Shown: positions 27,969-38,173 of the stretch, one piece after another | How positions within the stretch are numbered: position 1 is the first letter of the stretch | Layout of the letters: every line of letters begins with the position of its first letter | From: Candidatus Nezhaarchaeales archaeon | GTDB lineage: Archaea; Thermoproteota; Methanomethylicia; Nezhaarchaeales; WYZ-LMO8 | Direction: 5' to 3' | NCBI GenBank assembly: GCA_038887515.1 | Contig: JAWAKK010000001.1 | Span: 608,001-672,000 of the forward strand | Length of the DNA stretch: 64,000 bases | Notes under the pieces: generated by a model | Databases searched by the model: none | What the model was told of the DNA's origin: nothing | The model's input: only the letters and a program-made list of their open reading frames with translations | Made by a program: the position numbers and the translations under genes

Positions 27969-29190
27969 TGGCTCTACCCAATCTTGCATGGGCTTGAGCT
28001 AGGTGGCCTGCCGCTAAAGCTGAGAGTAATGAGAGTTCTCCTGCTAAGCAGGCCGCTGCAACTATTTCAGCGAATTTCTTAGAGTTAGATCCTGGAGGAT
28101 TTCCAGGACCCGCACAACCCATTATCGCTAAGGCTTCTCTTTGTGTCGGGAGCCCAGTTCCACCGCCGACGGTTCCAACCTCAAGAGACGGCATGGTTAT
28201 TGAAATGTAGAGGTCTCCTTGAGGGGTTAACTCGGCTGTCGTTATAGCCATAGATGACTCAACTACTTGAGCGCAGTCTTGTCCAGTAGCTATGAATATC
28301 GCGGCGACCACGTTCGCTACGTGAGCATTAAGACCGTATGCGTGCGCAAGACCGCTACCCAAGAGGTTCTTTCTAAGGCAAACTTCTACCACGTCTTCAG
28401 GCGTAGTCTTAAGCTTGTCCATAACTACCTCTCTCTTCAAAAGGGCTTCGGCGATAACTGTCTTCCCCCTACCTAATAGCCAGTTAACTGCGCTGGGCTT
28501 CTTATCGACGCAGAGGTTCCCGCTTAGACTCAGCATCCTAGCAAATTTCACGTTTTCCTCAATGAACCTCCCGGCTTTATCGGAAGCCATAGTGACCCCG
28601 TTCATACCCATAGCATCGAAGGTGTTAGCGACGAAGCGGATCCAAACGTTTCTTCCAACAACCCAATGTTGGATGTCTATTAGCTTCACAAAGGGATCGA
28701 CACTGTTAAAGACCCCTTCTATCTCCCTTCTATGTTCTTCAATCCAACGGACTAGCTTGTATGCGTGCTCTATACTTGGAGTTATGAATAGAGGTGCCCT
28801 TGACATGTAGTCTCTTATTATCTTCGCTCTAGCGCCGCCGGATTCGGAAATAGCTGAGCAACCTCTATTTACGCTTGCGACAAGCGCCCCTTCAGTGGTG
28901 CAGAGTGGGATGTAATATTCGCCGTCAGCATAATCGCCCTTGACCTTTATGGGACCTGCAATGCCCATAGGCACCTGCCCTACACCTATTGGGTTCTCTA
29001 TATTGCGTCTAGCTGTCATGTTTAGGTCTATAGAGAATTGCCCTATGTTAACGAGTTTAACGCCAGCAACTTTTTCAAGGAAAGCCCTCCTTATCTCGGC
29101 GGCTTTATTCACATCACCAACCACTTGTTCAAGCTCATAGAGCTTGATTTCATTATTTAATAGCTTGTTTAATATGTCTTCAAAGTCCAA
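27958..29190 (-). CDS. hmgA: Class I HMG-CoA reductase
   Basis: ENPIG, TTEGALVAS, DAMGMN, GTVGGGT, GELSLL..GHL. Confidence 0.97.
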   Translation of the reverse strand: MDFEDILNKLLNNEIKLYELEQVVGDVNKAAEIRRAFLEKVAGVKLVNIGQFSIDLNMTARRNIENPIGVGQVPMGIAGPIKVKGDYADGEYYIPLCTTEGALVASVNRGCSAISESGGARAKIIRDYMSRAPLFITPSIEHAYKLVRWIEEHRREIEGVFNSVDPFVKLIDIQHWVVGRNVWIRFVANTFDAMGMNGVTMASDKAGRFIEENVKFARMLSLSGNLCVDKKPSAVNWLLGRGKTVIAEALLKREVVMDKLKTTPEDVVEVCLRKNLLGSGLAHAYGLNAHVANVVAAIFIATGQDCAQVVESSMAITTAELTPQGDLYISITMPSLEVGTVGGGTGLPTQREALAIMGCAGPGNPPGSNSKKFAEIVAAACLAGELSLLSALAAGHLAQAHARLGRAIKA

Positions 29191-29406
29191 AATTCGCCAC
29201 CAGTCTTAAGACCCTTTTGCGCGTTCTAAAGTTTTTCCTCTAATACATGTACCAAGGAGCCAAAATGCGTCTAGCAAAAGAAGTGTGTCTAGTAACAAAA
29301 TATGAGCGTATACTTCTATAGAATAAACCTATATATGCTCTCTACGAGCCTTTGTTTAAAGGTTCAAGGTAATGATTTGATCGGTCGTCCTCGATAGTGT
29401 CAATTA

Positions 29407-30318
29407 TCATGCATGAAAGTTTAATTGGAATATCTCGTGCATACTTGCTTTCTCTAACCCCGGTATCCCGTAAGAGTCTGCTCTACATTGCCTACATAAC
29501 TTAAATTGATTAATGAACTTGCTTGCCTTCTTCCTAACAGCTTTCAGTTCCTCGCATGTCGGCGGTTTATAGTCCTTAAAGGAGGAAAGGGGTATTAGAG
29601 GAATTATGTTTTGCACGAAAGCGCCTAGCTCAGCTACCTTCTTAGCTACCTTTACGGCTTCTCTATCATTTAGTCTTGGAATAAGTACCGTGTTCACTTT
29701 AACTATTAGACCTTCGTCAACGGCAGTCCTGAGACCCTTAAGTTGTCTTTCTATCAAGGTCTTAGCCGCCTCGAGACCCTGCATTATCCTTTTGTCTAGG
29801 ATTATGAAATCGTAAATCTTAGAAGCAACTACGGGATCTAAAGCATTAATTGTTATAGTGATGGTCTTTACCCCAAGATTCTTAAGGTCAGCAACCTTCT
29901 CTTGCAACAATAGACCATTAGTCGCGATACATTTTATAATGTCGGGATACTTCTCGTCTATTAATTTGAGGGTCGTAAATGTTTCATTATTAAATAAGGG
30001 TTCGCCAGGACCAGCTATCGCTACGACCCTTAGCCTCCTATCTATCTTAATTATTTCGTCTACAAGCCTAACTGCCTCTTCAGGTTTAATCATTGAACTT
30101 GTAACGCCTGGTCCATACTCAAATTTGCTTATTCCTCGTCCGCAGTACTTACATTGAATATTGCACTTAGGAGCGACTGGGAGGTGAAGTCTTGAATATC
30201 GAAAATTGGCTTTAGGGTTGAAGCATGGATGGGAAGCGATCCAGGAAGGCTTGCTTCCAAGCTTCTTGCCTAGTAGAAGACTGGTCTGCTCAACCATCCC
30301 ACGGACTTCATCGTTCAT
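29407..30318 (-). CDS. nifB: NifB-type radical SAM protein (no NifX domain)
   Basis: HPC, RLHLPVAPKCNIQCKYC, IAGPGEP, TNGL, KVNTVLIP, NIIPLIP, CRQCRAD. Confidence 0.85.
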   Translation of the reverse strand: MNDEVRGMVEQTSLLLGKKLGSKPSWIASHPCFNPKANFRYSRLHLPVAPKCNIQCKYCGRGISKFEYGPGVTSSMIKPEEAVRLVDEIIKIDRRLRVVAIAGPGEPLFNNETFTTLKLIDEKYPDIIKCIATNGLLLQEKVADLKNLGVKTITITINALDPVVASKIYDFIILDKRIMQGLEAAKTLIERQLKGLRTAVDEGLIVKVNTVLIPRLNDREAVKVAKKVAELGAFVQNIIPLIPLSSFKDYKPPTCEELKAVRKKASKFINQFKLCRQCRADSYGIPGLEKASMHEIFQLNFHA

Positions 30319-30600
30319 CGAACATCTCCTCCGAATCAGTCGAGAACGCAAAATCGATATTGTCTTAGCATCTTCTTAAAGGATAGCATTCTCTTAAGGG
30401 TTTAGCAGGACTTCGTCAAAAGTGAGGTTTCGGTTTGTCGATGTCTTACATTAATAGATCTTGAGGCTAGATGGATGATGACTTCCTTTACGTTCATACC
30501 ATGCACGTTCCCTGTTAAGCATGGCACTCATGACGTCTACTACCCCTTTAGGTTCCCAAAATTTATGGTAATAGTTTAGTAAGCTATAAAAAGGCAGTAT

Positions 30601-31077
30601 ATGGAGAGTATGCTTTCGGTGAAGACTATGTCTTTAAACCAAAGGATCACCATTAAGTACGTCAGCAAGAAGACTGGCAACATAAAGAAGATCGAGCATC
30701 CAAATGAGTCGTTCGATTACATAATTAGTACTGCCGGAAGATGGGTTAATGTTGTTGCAAGCGAGAGAGTTGAAGTGAAGACTGGACAATCAGTTGTGGT
30801 AAAGATATACCCGGTAGAGCTACACCCGAAAGAGATAACACTTACATGCCCGGTTTCTAGACATGCCCTTGGAATCCTTCTCGGGCTATATGGATCTGAA
30901 GGTAGACCACAACTAGTTGAGAATAAAAGGGTATACGATAAGGCCGTCTTCTTAGCTCTTAGAGAGGGCGTCATAGAGGAAGGCGACTTGCTAGGAGTCA
31001 TGAATGTAATCATAGTGTATGAAGTGTTAGAGAAGCACTTGGTCAGAACTTGCTTCTCACCCGCCGTAAGCCGCTAA
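30601..31077 (+). CDS. DUF22-family protein
   Basis: CP..RHALG..P..VE..R..AVFL...G.IE.GDLLGV.NV. Confidence 0.7.
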   Translation: MESMLSVKTMSLNQRITIKYVSKKTGNIKKIEHPNESFDYIISTAGRWVNVVASERVEVKTGQSVVVKIYPVELHPKEITLTCPVSRHALGILLGLYGSEGRPQLVENKRVYDKAVFLALREGVIEEGDLLGVMNVIIVYEVLEKHLVRTCFSPAVSR

Positions 31078-31091
31078 CTATTCGTCCCCCT

Positions 31092-32534
31092 CTACTTTAA
31101 GTCCTTAACTACATAGGGGCCCAACCTTTTATATCCTAAAAGATAGAAGTAGGGTCTAGAACCTACAGCGCTTATAACTGCCAACCTCTTTACATCGAGC
31201 TTCTCACTCGCTATCCTCTCGGCCTCTTCCATCAATTTTTTGCCAAGACCTCTATGCTGCCACGCGCACTCTTCATCATGACCAATGGGTACTTCAGGGC
31301 CATAAACGTGAAGCTCGCGTACTATCGCCGTCGGTTTCTCCGTGAGCTCGCGAATCCAAGGACTTGAAGGCAACCTTAGCCTAACGTAACCAGCTATTAG
31401 GTCTAGATCCTGATCTTCGATTGATACGAAGAACTCTAAGCCTTGAGATGCATCATAAACTTTGCTACTAATATTGAGATTTAGGTCTTGAGGTATTATC
31501 CCATACTTTAGCTGTGCAAAGCCTACTTCCCTACACCTAATGCATCTACACTTTAGCCCAAGCTCTTCCATCCTTTTCTTAACAATTTCCCTTAAGTTGT
31601 TCGACTTAACCCCAGCAGCGATACACCTACTTGGTATGGCTCTTTGGATCCTTATGACCCTTACCCATTCCGGAATGGATGGTTTAACCTTTAATAGAAA
31701 TTCTATAGCTTTGGCATCGTCCATCGCCTCGTACATACCCTTAAGCCACATTTCATAGAGTTCCGTTCCAGGTAAGACTAGCGTCGGATAAATCTTTATC
31801 ATGTCTGGCCTAAAGTCGGGGTTTCTAAATAATTCCTTAAAGCCCTCTACGTCTCTGTCGAAGTCAACCCCCGGTAGGCCAGGCATGTAGTGGTAGACTA
31901 CCTTAAAGCCGGCATCCTTAAGGATTCTGGTGGCTTCAATTACATCCTTTATTTTATGGCCCCTCTTTATTTTCTCTAAGACCTCGTCGTATACGCTTTG
32001 CACACCAACTTCGACCCTGGTAACCCCAAGTCTCAGTAGGAACTCAGCTATCTCCTTACTTGCGTAGTCGGGCCTTGTTTCGACAGTCAGACCGACACAC
32101 CTACTATAGGCGCCCTCGTTTATCTGATGTGCCTCTTCAATGCTTTTTGACTCGCAAATTGCGCTAGGATACGAGTTAAGAGCGTCAAAGCATTTCCTTA
32201 CGAACCATTCCTGATAGCTTTTTGGCAAGGCAGGAAAGGTCCCTCCGATGACTATGAGCTCCACCTTCGATGGTTCATGCCCCATAGATTTGTAAGCTTT
32301 AAGTCTTGAAAACACTTGAAGGTAGGGGTCGTAGTTCAGCCTTTGAGCTCTAAGCGCCACGGGACTTAGATCAACATAGCTTTGGGGGGTAATGCTAGAA
32401 CCTTTAGGACAATATATGCATCTTCCATGAGGGCACGGAAAGTACTTGGTCATTACGGTTACCACTACTACTCCTGAAATCGACCTTACGGGCTTTTTAG
32501 CCTTGACTCCAAGTGATCTATGCCGAGATGTCAT
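31092..32534 (-). CDS. elp3: Elp3 tRNA U34 carboxymethyltransferase
   Basis: CPHGRCIYCP, GGTF, ETRPD, KIYPTLV, CRCIRCRE, VRELHVYG, QHRGLG. Confidence 0.95.
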   Translation of the reverse strand: MTSRHRSLGVKAKKPVRSISGVVVVTVMTKYFPCPHGRCIYCPKGSSITPQSYVDLSPVALRAQRLNYDPYLQVFSRLKAYKSMGHEPSKVELIVIGGTFPALPKSYQEWFVRKCFDALNSYPSAICESKSIEEAHQINEGAYSRCVGLTVETRPDYASKEIAEFLLRLGVTRVEVGVQSVYDEVLEKIKRGHKIKDVIEATRILKDAGFKVVYHYMPGLPGVDFDRDVEGFKELFRNPDFRPDMIKIYPTLVLPGTELYEMWLKGMYEAMDDAKAIEFLLKVKPSIPEWVRVIRIQRAIPSRCIAAGVKSNNLREIVKKRMEELGLKCRCIRCREVGFAQLKYGIIPQDLNLNISSKVYDASQGLEFFVSIEDQDLDLIAGYVRLRLPSSPWIRELTEKPTAIVRELHVYGPEVPIGHDEECAWQHRGLGKKLMEEAERIASEKLDVKRLAVISAVGSRPYFYLLGYKRLGPYVVKDLK

Positions 32535-32601
32535 AGTCTCTACTTGCTTCAGGACAACTCATCTATCGTCACTCTAATAAACTCTAACAGGTTACGCGTT
32601 A

Positions 32602-33453
32602 TTGGAGGTCAATACCGTGATCGAAGTTACAGACAACCATGCACACGCGAACCCACTTAAGGGGCTAGGATTCGTGGAGGTAACAAAAAGATTCATGATG
32701 TCTGGTGGAGTTGCTATAGTCTTTGCGCCTTTACCTTCATGGTACTACTCGGTATCGGTAACTTCACCCGAAAGTTACTCTCGCATTTACGATATTGTAA
32801 TTAAAGGTGTTCAAGAAGCTTCAGCATATATCAAAACATTAGCTGTCTTGGGGATACATCCTGCAGAGGTAGTTAGGTTAGTTGAAGCTTTCGGGGCCAG
32901 AAGGGCCCTTGAGGTAGCCGAAGGAGCTATGAGGAAGGCTGCTCGCTACGTCGCTGAAGGACTCGCGGTAGGTCTCGGAGAGGTAGGCAGACCTCACTAC
33001 GATACTTCTAAGATATCCCTTGAAGTCTGTAACCGTATATTGGATGTTTCACTTGAGCTCGCTAAGGACTTGGATTGCCCAATACACCTCCACCTAGAGA
33101 GGAGGAGCCATGCCGTTAAAGATGTTGTTGCAAGGGTCCGTAAAGTAGGGTTAAAACCTTATCGGGTCGTAATCCATCACGCTGAATCAAAGATTATAGG
33201 AGAAAGCGGGAGGTTGACTCCATCTATACCCCGTAGGGGCAGGAACTTGAGAGAAGCTTTCACTAAGAGAGCTACCTTCTTAGTCGAAAGCGATTTCATA
33301 GATGACCCTAATAGGCCTGGAGTTGTGTCATACCCGTGGGCTATAGCGACTGAGGTATTAGAGATGTTATCAAGTAACCTTGTAAGTAAGGATCATATTA
33401 GAAAGGTCTTCATAGACAGTTTCGAGGAGGTTTATGACATTAAGCTCCATTGA
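32602..33453 (+). CDS. TatD-related metal-dependent hydrolase
   Basis: DNHAH, GIHPAE, GEVGRPHY, HLH.E, HH, ESDFIDDP.RPG. Confidence 0.85.
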   Translation: MEVNTVIEVTDNHAHANPLKGLGFVEVTKRFMMSGGVAIVFAPLPSWYYSVSVTSPESYSRIYDIVIKGVQEASAYIKTLAVLGIHPAEVVRLVEAFGARRALEVAEGAMRKAARYVAEGLAVGLGEVGRPHYDTSKISLEVCNRILDVSLELAKDLDCPIHLHLERRSHAVKDVVARVRKVGLKPYRVVIHHAESKIIGESGRLTPSIPRRGRNLREAFTKRATFLVESDFIDDPNRPGVVSYPWAIATEVLEMLSSNLVSKDHIRKVFIDSFEEVYDIKLH

Positions 33454-33691
33454 GTACATGTGCTATCTAGCTACCGTCAAAGCCTCCCCGAGGGTCCTTA
33501 ACATAAATATATTATTGAGTTTTGTTCCGCAGAAAGATACGCTCTTAGTTGAAGGCCGAGTTAAGCCGTGGTGGTTTACGATGATACGCGGCGTGAAGAC
33601 TACCTTTATATTGCTATCCCATTAATGCAATAATAGGAGGAAGGTTCTTGAGGAAGGTCTATTTTTATTCGCTGCTTGAGGTTGATGGAAG

Positions 33692-34879
33692 TTGTTAATA
33701 GCGCATTTGAGTGATAACCATTTGGGTTATAGGCAGTACGGGCTATTTGAGAGGGAGAGAGATCTATACGCTTGCTTTGAAGAGGCTGTATCTAAGGCTC
33801 TTGAGGAGCACGTCGACATGGTTATTCATTCGGGAGACTTATTTCATTCCCCCAATCCGCCACCTCAAGCTTACAGATCGGCTCTAAGGGCCCTGAAAGC
33901 GCTCAAGCAACGCGGTGTACCGTTTCTATATGTCATGGGCCAGCACGATAGACCTAAGACCCAAGCATTGGCGCCTACGTTAATTTTTGAGGATATGGAC
34001 CTTTTAATACACGTATCAGAAAAACCTTATGTACGTGGAGATTATGGCGTCATAGGACTAGACTACATGAAGAAACAAGTCTTAAAGGAGAGGTTGCAGT
34101 CACTTAAGCCATTAGCAAAAAAGAGCATTCTCCTAATGCATATTCTTCTCAAAGAGGTTTCACCTTTAGGCGACATATCGATACAGGAGTTACCAAAGGG
34201 ATTTACCTACTATGCTCTAGGCGACTACCACATTTTTAAAGTATTTAATGTGCACGGCTCGATAGCAGCATATCCCGGATCTAGCGAAGTCATATCGTTA
34301 AACGACTTGACTAGCACGGGGAAGGGATTTTGTTTCGTGGACCTGTCAAACGATGAAGTTAAGGTAGAGTTCCAAAAACTCGACAATGTGAGACCTAGGA
34401 TAGTCAGCGAGGTCAAGTTTAGCGATGTTGAAAATTTCGTGACAAAAATGTTATCCCAAGTCGCTGATATGAGACTGAAGCCGCTAATTCATTTAACTAT
34501 TAGGGGCGTTGGCATTAAGAGGAGGAGCCTCGAAAAGGTTAAGGAAGAGCTATCAAAGGTCAGCTTAAGGACCTTCATATCAATAGAGGAGGAAGGCGTT
34601 GAGCTACCTTCAATATCTAAGGCTTCATTCAGCGGGGTTGAAGAAGTGATACACTCATTATTTCCTGGGATAAGCGATGAGATCATAGAGCTCTACAGAG
34701 CTTACAAGCTTGGGACCCTTCATAATGAGCTTGAAAGGTTGCTAAAAACTGAAAAGTGGCTGAAGCTCGTTCCTCAGCAATTCAAAGCGGAAGATGCGTC
34801 AAAAACCGTTGATCATTCGATTAAAGTCAGGGATTCAACGATTCTAGGGTGGCTTAGGCATGATAGTAGAAAGACTTGA
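33692..34879 (+). CDS. mre11: Mre11 nuclease
   Basis: SDNHLG, GDLFH, GQHD, YYALGDYH, YPGS; first gene of the DSB-repair operon. Confidence 0.92.
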   Translation: MLIAHLSDNHLGYRQYGLFERERDLYACFEEAVSKALEEHVDMVIHSGDLFHSPNPPPQAYRSALRALKALKQRGVPFLYVMGQHDRPKTQALAPTLIFEDMDLLIHVSEKPYVRGDYGVIGLDYMKKQVLKERLQSLKPLAKKSILLMHILLKEVSPLGDISIQELPKGFTYYALGDYHIFKVFNVHGSIAAYPGSSEVISLNDLTSTGKGFCFVDLSNDEVKVEFQKLDNVRPRIVSEVKFSDVENFVTKMLSQVADMRLKPLIHLTIRGVGIKRRSLEKVKEELSKVSLRTFISIEEEGVELPSISKASFSGVEEVIHSLFPGISDEIIELYRAYKLGTLHNELERLLKTEKWLKLVPQQFKAEDASKTVDHSIKVRDSTILGWLRHDSRKT

Positions 34880-37226
34880 GTTAACGGACTTCCTTTCTCA
34901 TAGAAACTCTGTGATAACGTTTAGTAAAGGGTTAACGGCGATCATTGGACCCAATGGTGCAGGTAAGTCGTCCATGATAGAAGGCATAGTCTTCTCGTTA
35001 TTCCAAGATAGTTTTAGAGCGATACGAGGAGGAACTAAGGAGTCCCTCAAAAGGATAGGTGCTAAGTCAGCTTCGGTTAAGCTAGTATTCAATGTTGCCG
35101 GGAGGAGGTTCAGGGTTGAAAGGTTCATCGAGAAAGGTTCTGTAGATAGGCTTTACGAAGATGATAGGCTTGTAGCAATTCAAACGTCATACGTAGACAA
35201 AAAGATACTCGAAGTGCTCGGTATTCCTAGAAAGGAGGCTTACCTGAACACCATCGTAGTAAGGCAGGGAGAACTCGAAAAAATACTTGAAAGCTTCACG
35301 ACAGCTAGCGGTAGAGAAGAGCTTATGAGAGCACTAGGTTTTAAAGAGCTTGACGACATAGCTGAAGCCCTTAAGGAGGAGCGTAACGAGTTTGAGAAAG
35401 AGTATATGAGGTTATTAGGTGAAGCTGCGCAACTGGAAAATCTAAAGAGACAATTAGAATATTCTCAGAAAGAACTGCAGAGATTTGAAAACGAGAGAAA
35501 TAGGATATTAGAGAACTTGAACGCCCTTGAAAAGGGCCTGTCCTATATAGAGAAGGCGTTAGCGGAAGTTCCTGAAAGTATAGAACAAGAGCTAAACTCG
35601 ATAACGGCAGAGTACTATAGAGTAAAGAGCGAGCTTGAGAGCTTAATTAAAGAGATCAAAAGACTCAACGAGGAGCTCGAGAGCTTAAAAACATTAAAAA
35701 AAGATGTAAGCGCTCTGCTTTCAACATTAAAATTAAAGGAAGGAATACACCGCTTACAAGACAAGCTAGAAAGAGCGGCCTTAGCTTACTTGAAGCTTGA
35801 AGAAGTTAAATCTGCGTTACATAAGTTCGAAGAGAAGTTGATGTACAAAATAAAGATCTTATCGCAAACCTTGCAGTGTCCTCCTGAATTGGACTCTATT
35901 ATCGAAGCTTACAACAAAATAAAAACTGAGGTTGAAACGAAGGAGAGGTTAATCGATAGCCTCAAAGCGAATATAGAGGAGAAGAGAGCAATGCTAAGTA
36001 GCCTCGAAAAGAGCGGGGATGAGTGTCCTTTATGCGGTACTAAATTGACAAATGAAGCTAGGCTTAAAGTTCTGGAGAAGATAGAGACTGAACTTAGTAG
36101 GGCATCTTCAGAGCTTGACGAATTGCTCAAGTCCTTAGAGCAAAGGAAAAAGACGCTCAGCATCTTAGAAAGACTAAATGTGGCTGGAATAGTCGATGAA
36201 GCTGCAGCTTTAAATGAGGAGAGGAGAAGGTATGATGAAGAAGAGAAGGCTTATCTCGAATTTATCAGAGATGTTAACAAGATATTGGAAGGGATATTGA
36301 GTAGCGAGATAAGCGGTGAAGTTGTCATTAAGCTTAAGGAGCTCTTAGGGCTTATTGAGACACCGATAGAAGCTATAAAATTAATGCGTCAAATCTCTGA
36401 TTTCGCAAGTAGGGCCGAAGGTAAGTTAGAAGAGCTCGAAAGGATTTCTATGGAAGAGAGCCAAATGAGGTCTGAATTAGAGAGACTTCTTAATCGTAAA
36501 GAAGAGTTAAATGCACGAGCTATTACTTTAGAAAGGCGCATCGAAGAGCTTAGGAAGAATCTTGAAGTTCGAAGGAAATTAACTGAAGAAAGTAATAGGA
36601 TTAAAACTCAAATAGCTGAACAGAGGGGTAGGCTTCTAGGCGTTGAAGAAAGCATTAGTGGTTATAGGAAGCGGCTTGAAGAGCTCAAAGAGCTTTGTAG
36701 CAAAGCTGAAAACGCAGAGCGCGAAGCTTCTAAAGTCAGGAGCTTCATAGACTTCATAGACCTCCTGAGAGTCAAGGTCTTTGGAAAGGATGGACTCATA
36801 GCTAAAAGTCTTAGGAGAATGTATAGGACGAAGCTTGAAAGCGAAGTCAATAACTACTTATCGAGGTTCGGTATGGACTTCGAAATAGAGTTCGACGAAG
36901 ACTTGAAGCTTAAGGTCTTATCGAGAGGTGAAGAATTAAGCGTAGATAGCTTAAGCGGAGGTGAGAAGGCCGTCCTCGCACTTTCAGCTCGCTTAGCTCT
37001 AGCAAAGGCCCTTAGCAGCAAAGAAGTTGAGATCTTAATATTGGATGAGCCCACGGCGAACTTAGACGCAGATAGAAGAAGGGAGCTAGTGAGGGTTTTA
37101 AGAGACTTAGCTGAGGAAATACCTCAAGTTATCGTAGTAACCCATGACCATGAAGTAGCCGAAGCGGCTGATCGAGTCTACAAGGTGAGGAAAGATGGCG
37201 GGATGTCGGTAGTGGAGGAGTATTGA
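34860..37226 (+). CDS. rad50: Rad50 ATPase
   Basis: GPNGAGKS, Q-loop VRQGE, CPLCG zinc hook, LSGGE, LDEPT, VTHD. Confidence 0.95.
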   Translation: MIVERLELTDFLSHRNSVITFSKGLTAIIGPNGAGKSSMIEGIVFSLFQDSFRAIRGGTKESLKRIGAKSASVKLVFNVAGRRFRVERFIEKGSVDRLYEDDRLVAIQTSYVDKKILEVLGIPRKEAYLNTIVVRQGELEKILESFTTASGREELMRALGFKELDDIAEALKEERNEFEKEYMRLLGEAAQLENLKRQLEYSQKELQRFENERNRILENLNALEKGLSYIEKALAEVPESIEQELNSITAEYYRVKSELESLIKEIKRLNEELESLKTLKKDVSALLSTLKLKEGIHRLQDKLERAALAYLKLEEVKSALHKFEEKLMYKIKILSQTLQCPPELDSIIEAYNKIKTEVETKERLIDSLKANIEEKRAMLSSLEKSGDECPLCGTKLTNEARLKVLEKIETELSRASSELDELLKSLEQRKKTLSILERLNVAGIVDEAAALNEERRRYDEEEKAYLEFIRDVNKILEGILSSEISGEVVIKLKELLGLIETPIEAIKLMRQISDFASRAEGKLEELERISMEESQMRSELERLLNRKEELNARAITLERRIEELRKNLEVRRKLTEESNRIKTQIAEQRGRLLGVEESISGYRKRLEELKELCSKAENAEREASKVRSFIDFIDLLRVKVFGKDGLIAKSLRRMYRTKLESEVNNYLSRFGMDFEIEFDEDLKLKVLSRGEELSVDSLSGGEKAVLALSARLALAKALSSKEVEILILDEPTANLDADRRRELVRVLRDLAEEIPQVIVVTHDHEVAEAADRVYKVRKDGGMSVVEEY

Positions 37227-38173
37227 TGTCGGTATGGGAAGAGGACATTAAGGAAGTTCAGAGAGCTTTAGAGAAGTTCAGGAAGGTTGAGAAAAGAAAA
37301 GAGGAGTTAAAGAAGGCGTTGGAGTACTGGATCAAGGTAGAGGACTTAGGCCATAGCGATAATTGTGAAGTTGTAGGGGTCGATGGAAGTTTCTTGGTAA
37401 GACCACTCATATTCTCAACATTCTACTTAGCTAGGGCCATAGCCATAGCCCCTTCACTTGGAGGCTTCAGAGTATCTAGGTCTGATATTCTCAAAACAAC
37501 CAATGACAATTACGCAAGACAGCACGCGGAGGCCGTGATGGCTCTTTTAGAGGTTGAAACTGCAACAAGAGCTCTGCTAGAGTTAAATAAGCACGGCAGA
37601 GAAGCCACGTTACTTTTCGACGGAAGCGTCTCCTCGCTAATACTGCACCGAGTGGTCTTACACAGGAGTCCCATATACCCTAACATTGCAGACAGCATCT
37701 CCAGAGGGCTATCCTTTCTGGTCAACGAAAGGAACGTAGTCTTTGTAGCTAAGAGGAGCAGTAACTCCATTTATGGTGAAGGACGCCTACCGGACATGAT
37801 GCTATTTAGCTCGATGCCTAAGGGTTATAGTGTACCGAAGACTGTGAAAATATCAGAGCTCTACAACATACCTGAGACAGAGCTCGACGACTTACCCCTT
37901 AGCTCTAAGCTCAAGGTCTTAACATTATCCTACGTTAAGTTGTCGGACGACGGGCCCTTATTGAAGATAGAAATCCCCGGAATAGTTTCTGAGGACGAGG
38001 TACGTGACGTGATAGCTAAGTTAAGTGACGTGTCGCCATCTGGCTACCCTGTACCTCTCCTCGTCGCTCATAGTAGCGCAAAGATAAGAGGTATAACGTT
38101 GAGGAAGGCCTTATCGCTCGTAGGTATTAGGCTTCCGACAGGAAGGGAGGCTTTGAGGGAGGCTTTTGCGTGA
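37223..38173 (+). CDS. nurA: NurA 5'-3' nuclease
   Basis: GVDGS, LFDGS, VAKRS, GYPVPLLVAH; operon context. Confidence 0.9.
   Translation: MMSVWEEDIKEVQRALEKFRKVEKRKEELKKALEYWIKVEDLGHSDNCEVVGVDGSFLVRPLIFSTFYLARAIAIAPSLGGFRVSRSDILKTTNDNYARQHAEAVMALLEVETATRALLELNKHGREATLLFDGSVSSLILHRVVLHRSPIYPNIADSISRGLSFLVNERNVVFVAKRSSNSIYGEGRLPDMMLFSSMPKGYSVPKTVKISELYNIPETELDDLPLSSKLKVLTLSYVKLSDDGPLLKIEIPGIVSEDEVRDVIAKLSDVSPSGYPVPLLVAHSSAKIRGITLRKALSLVGIRLPTGREALREAFA

Noticed and set aside
30474-30535. GATGATGA C-box-like motif with a nearby hairpin
   Set aside because: No properly spaced CTGA D boxes
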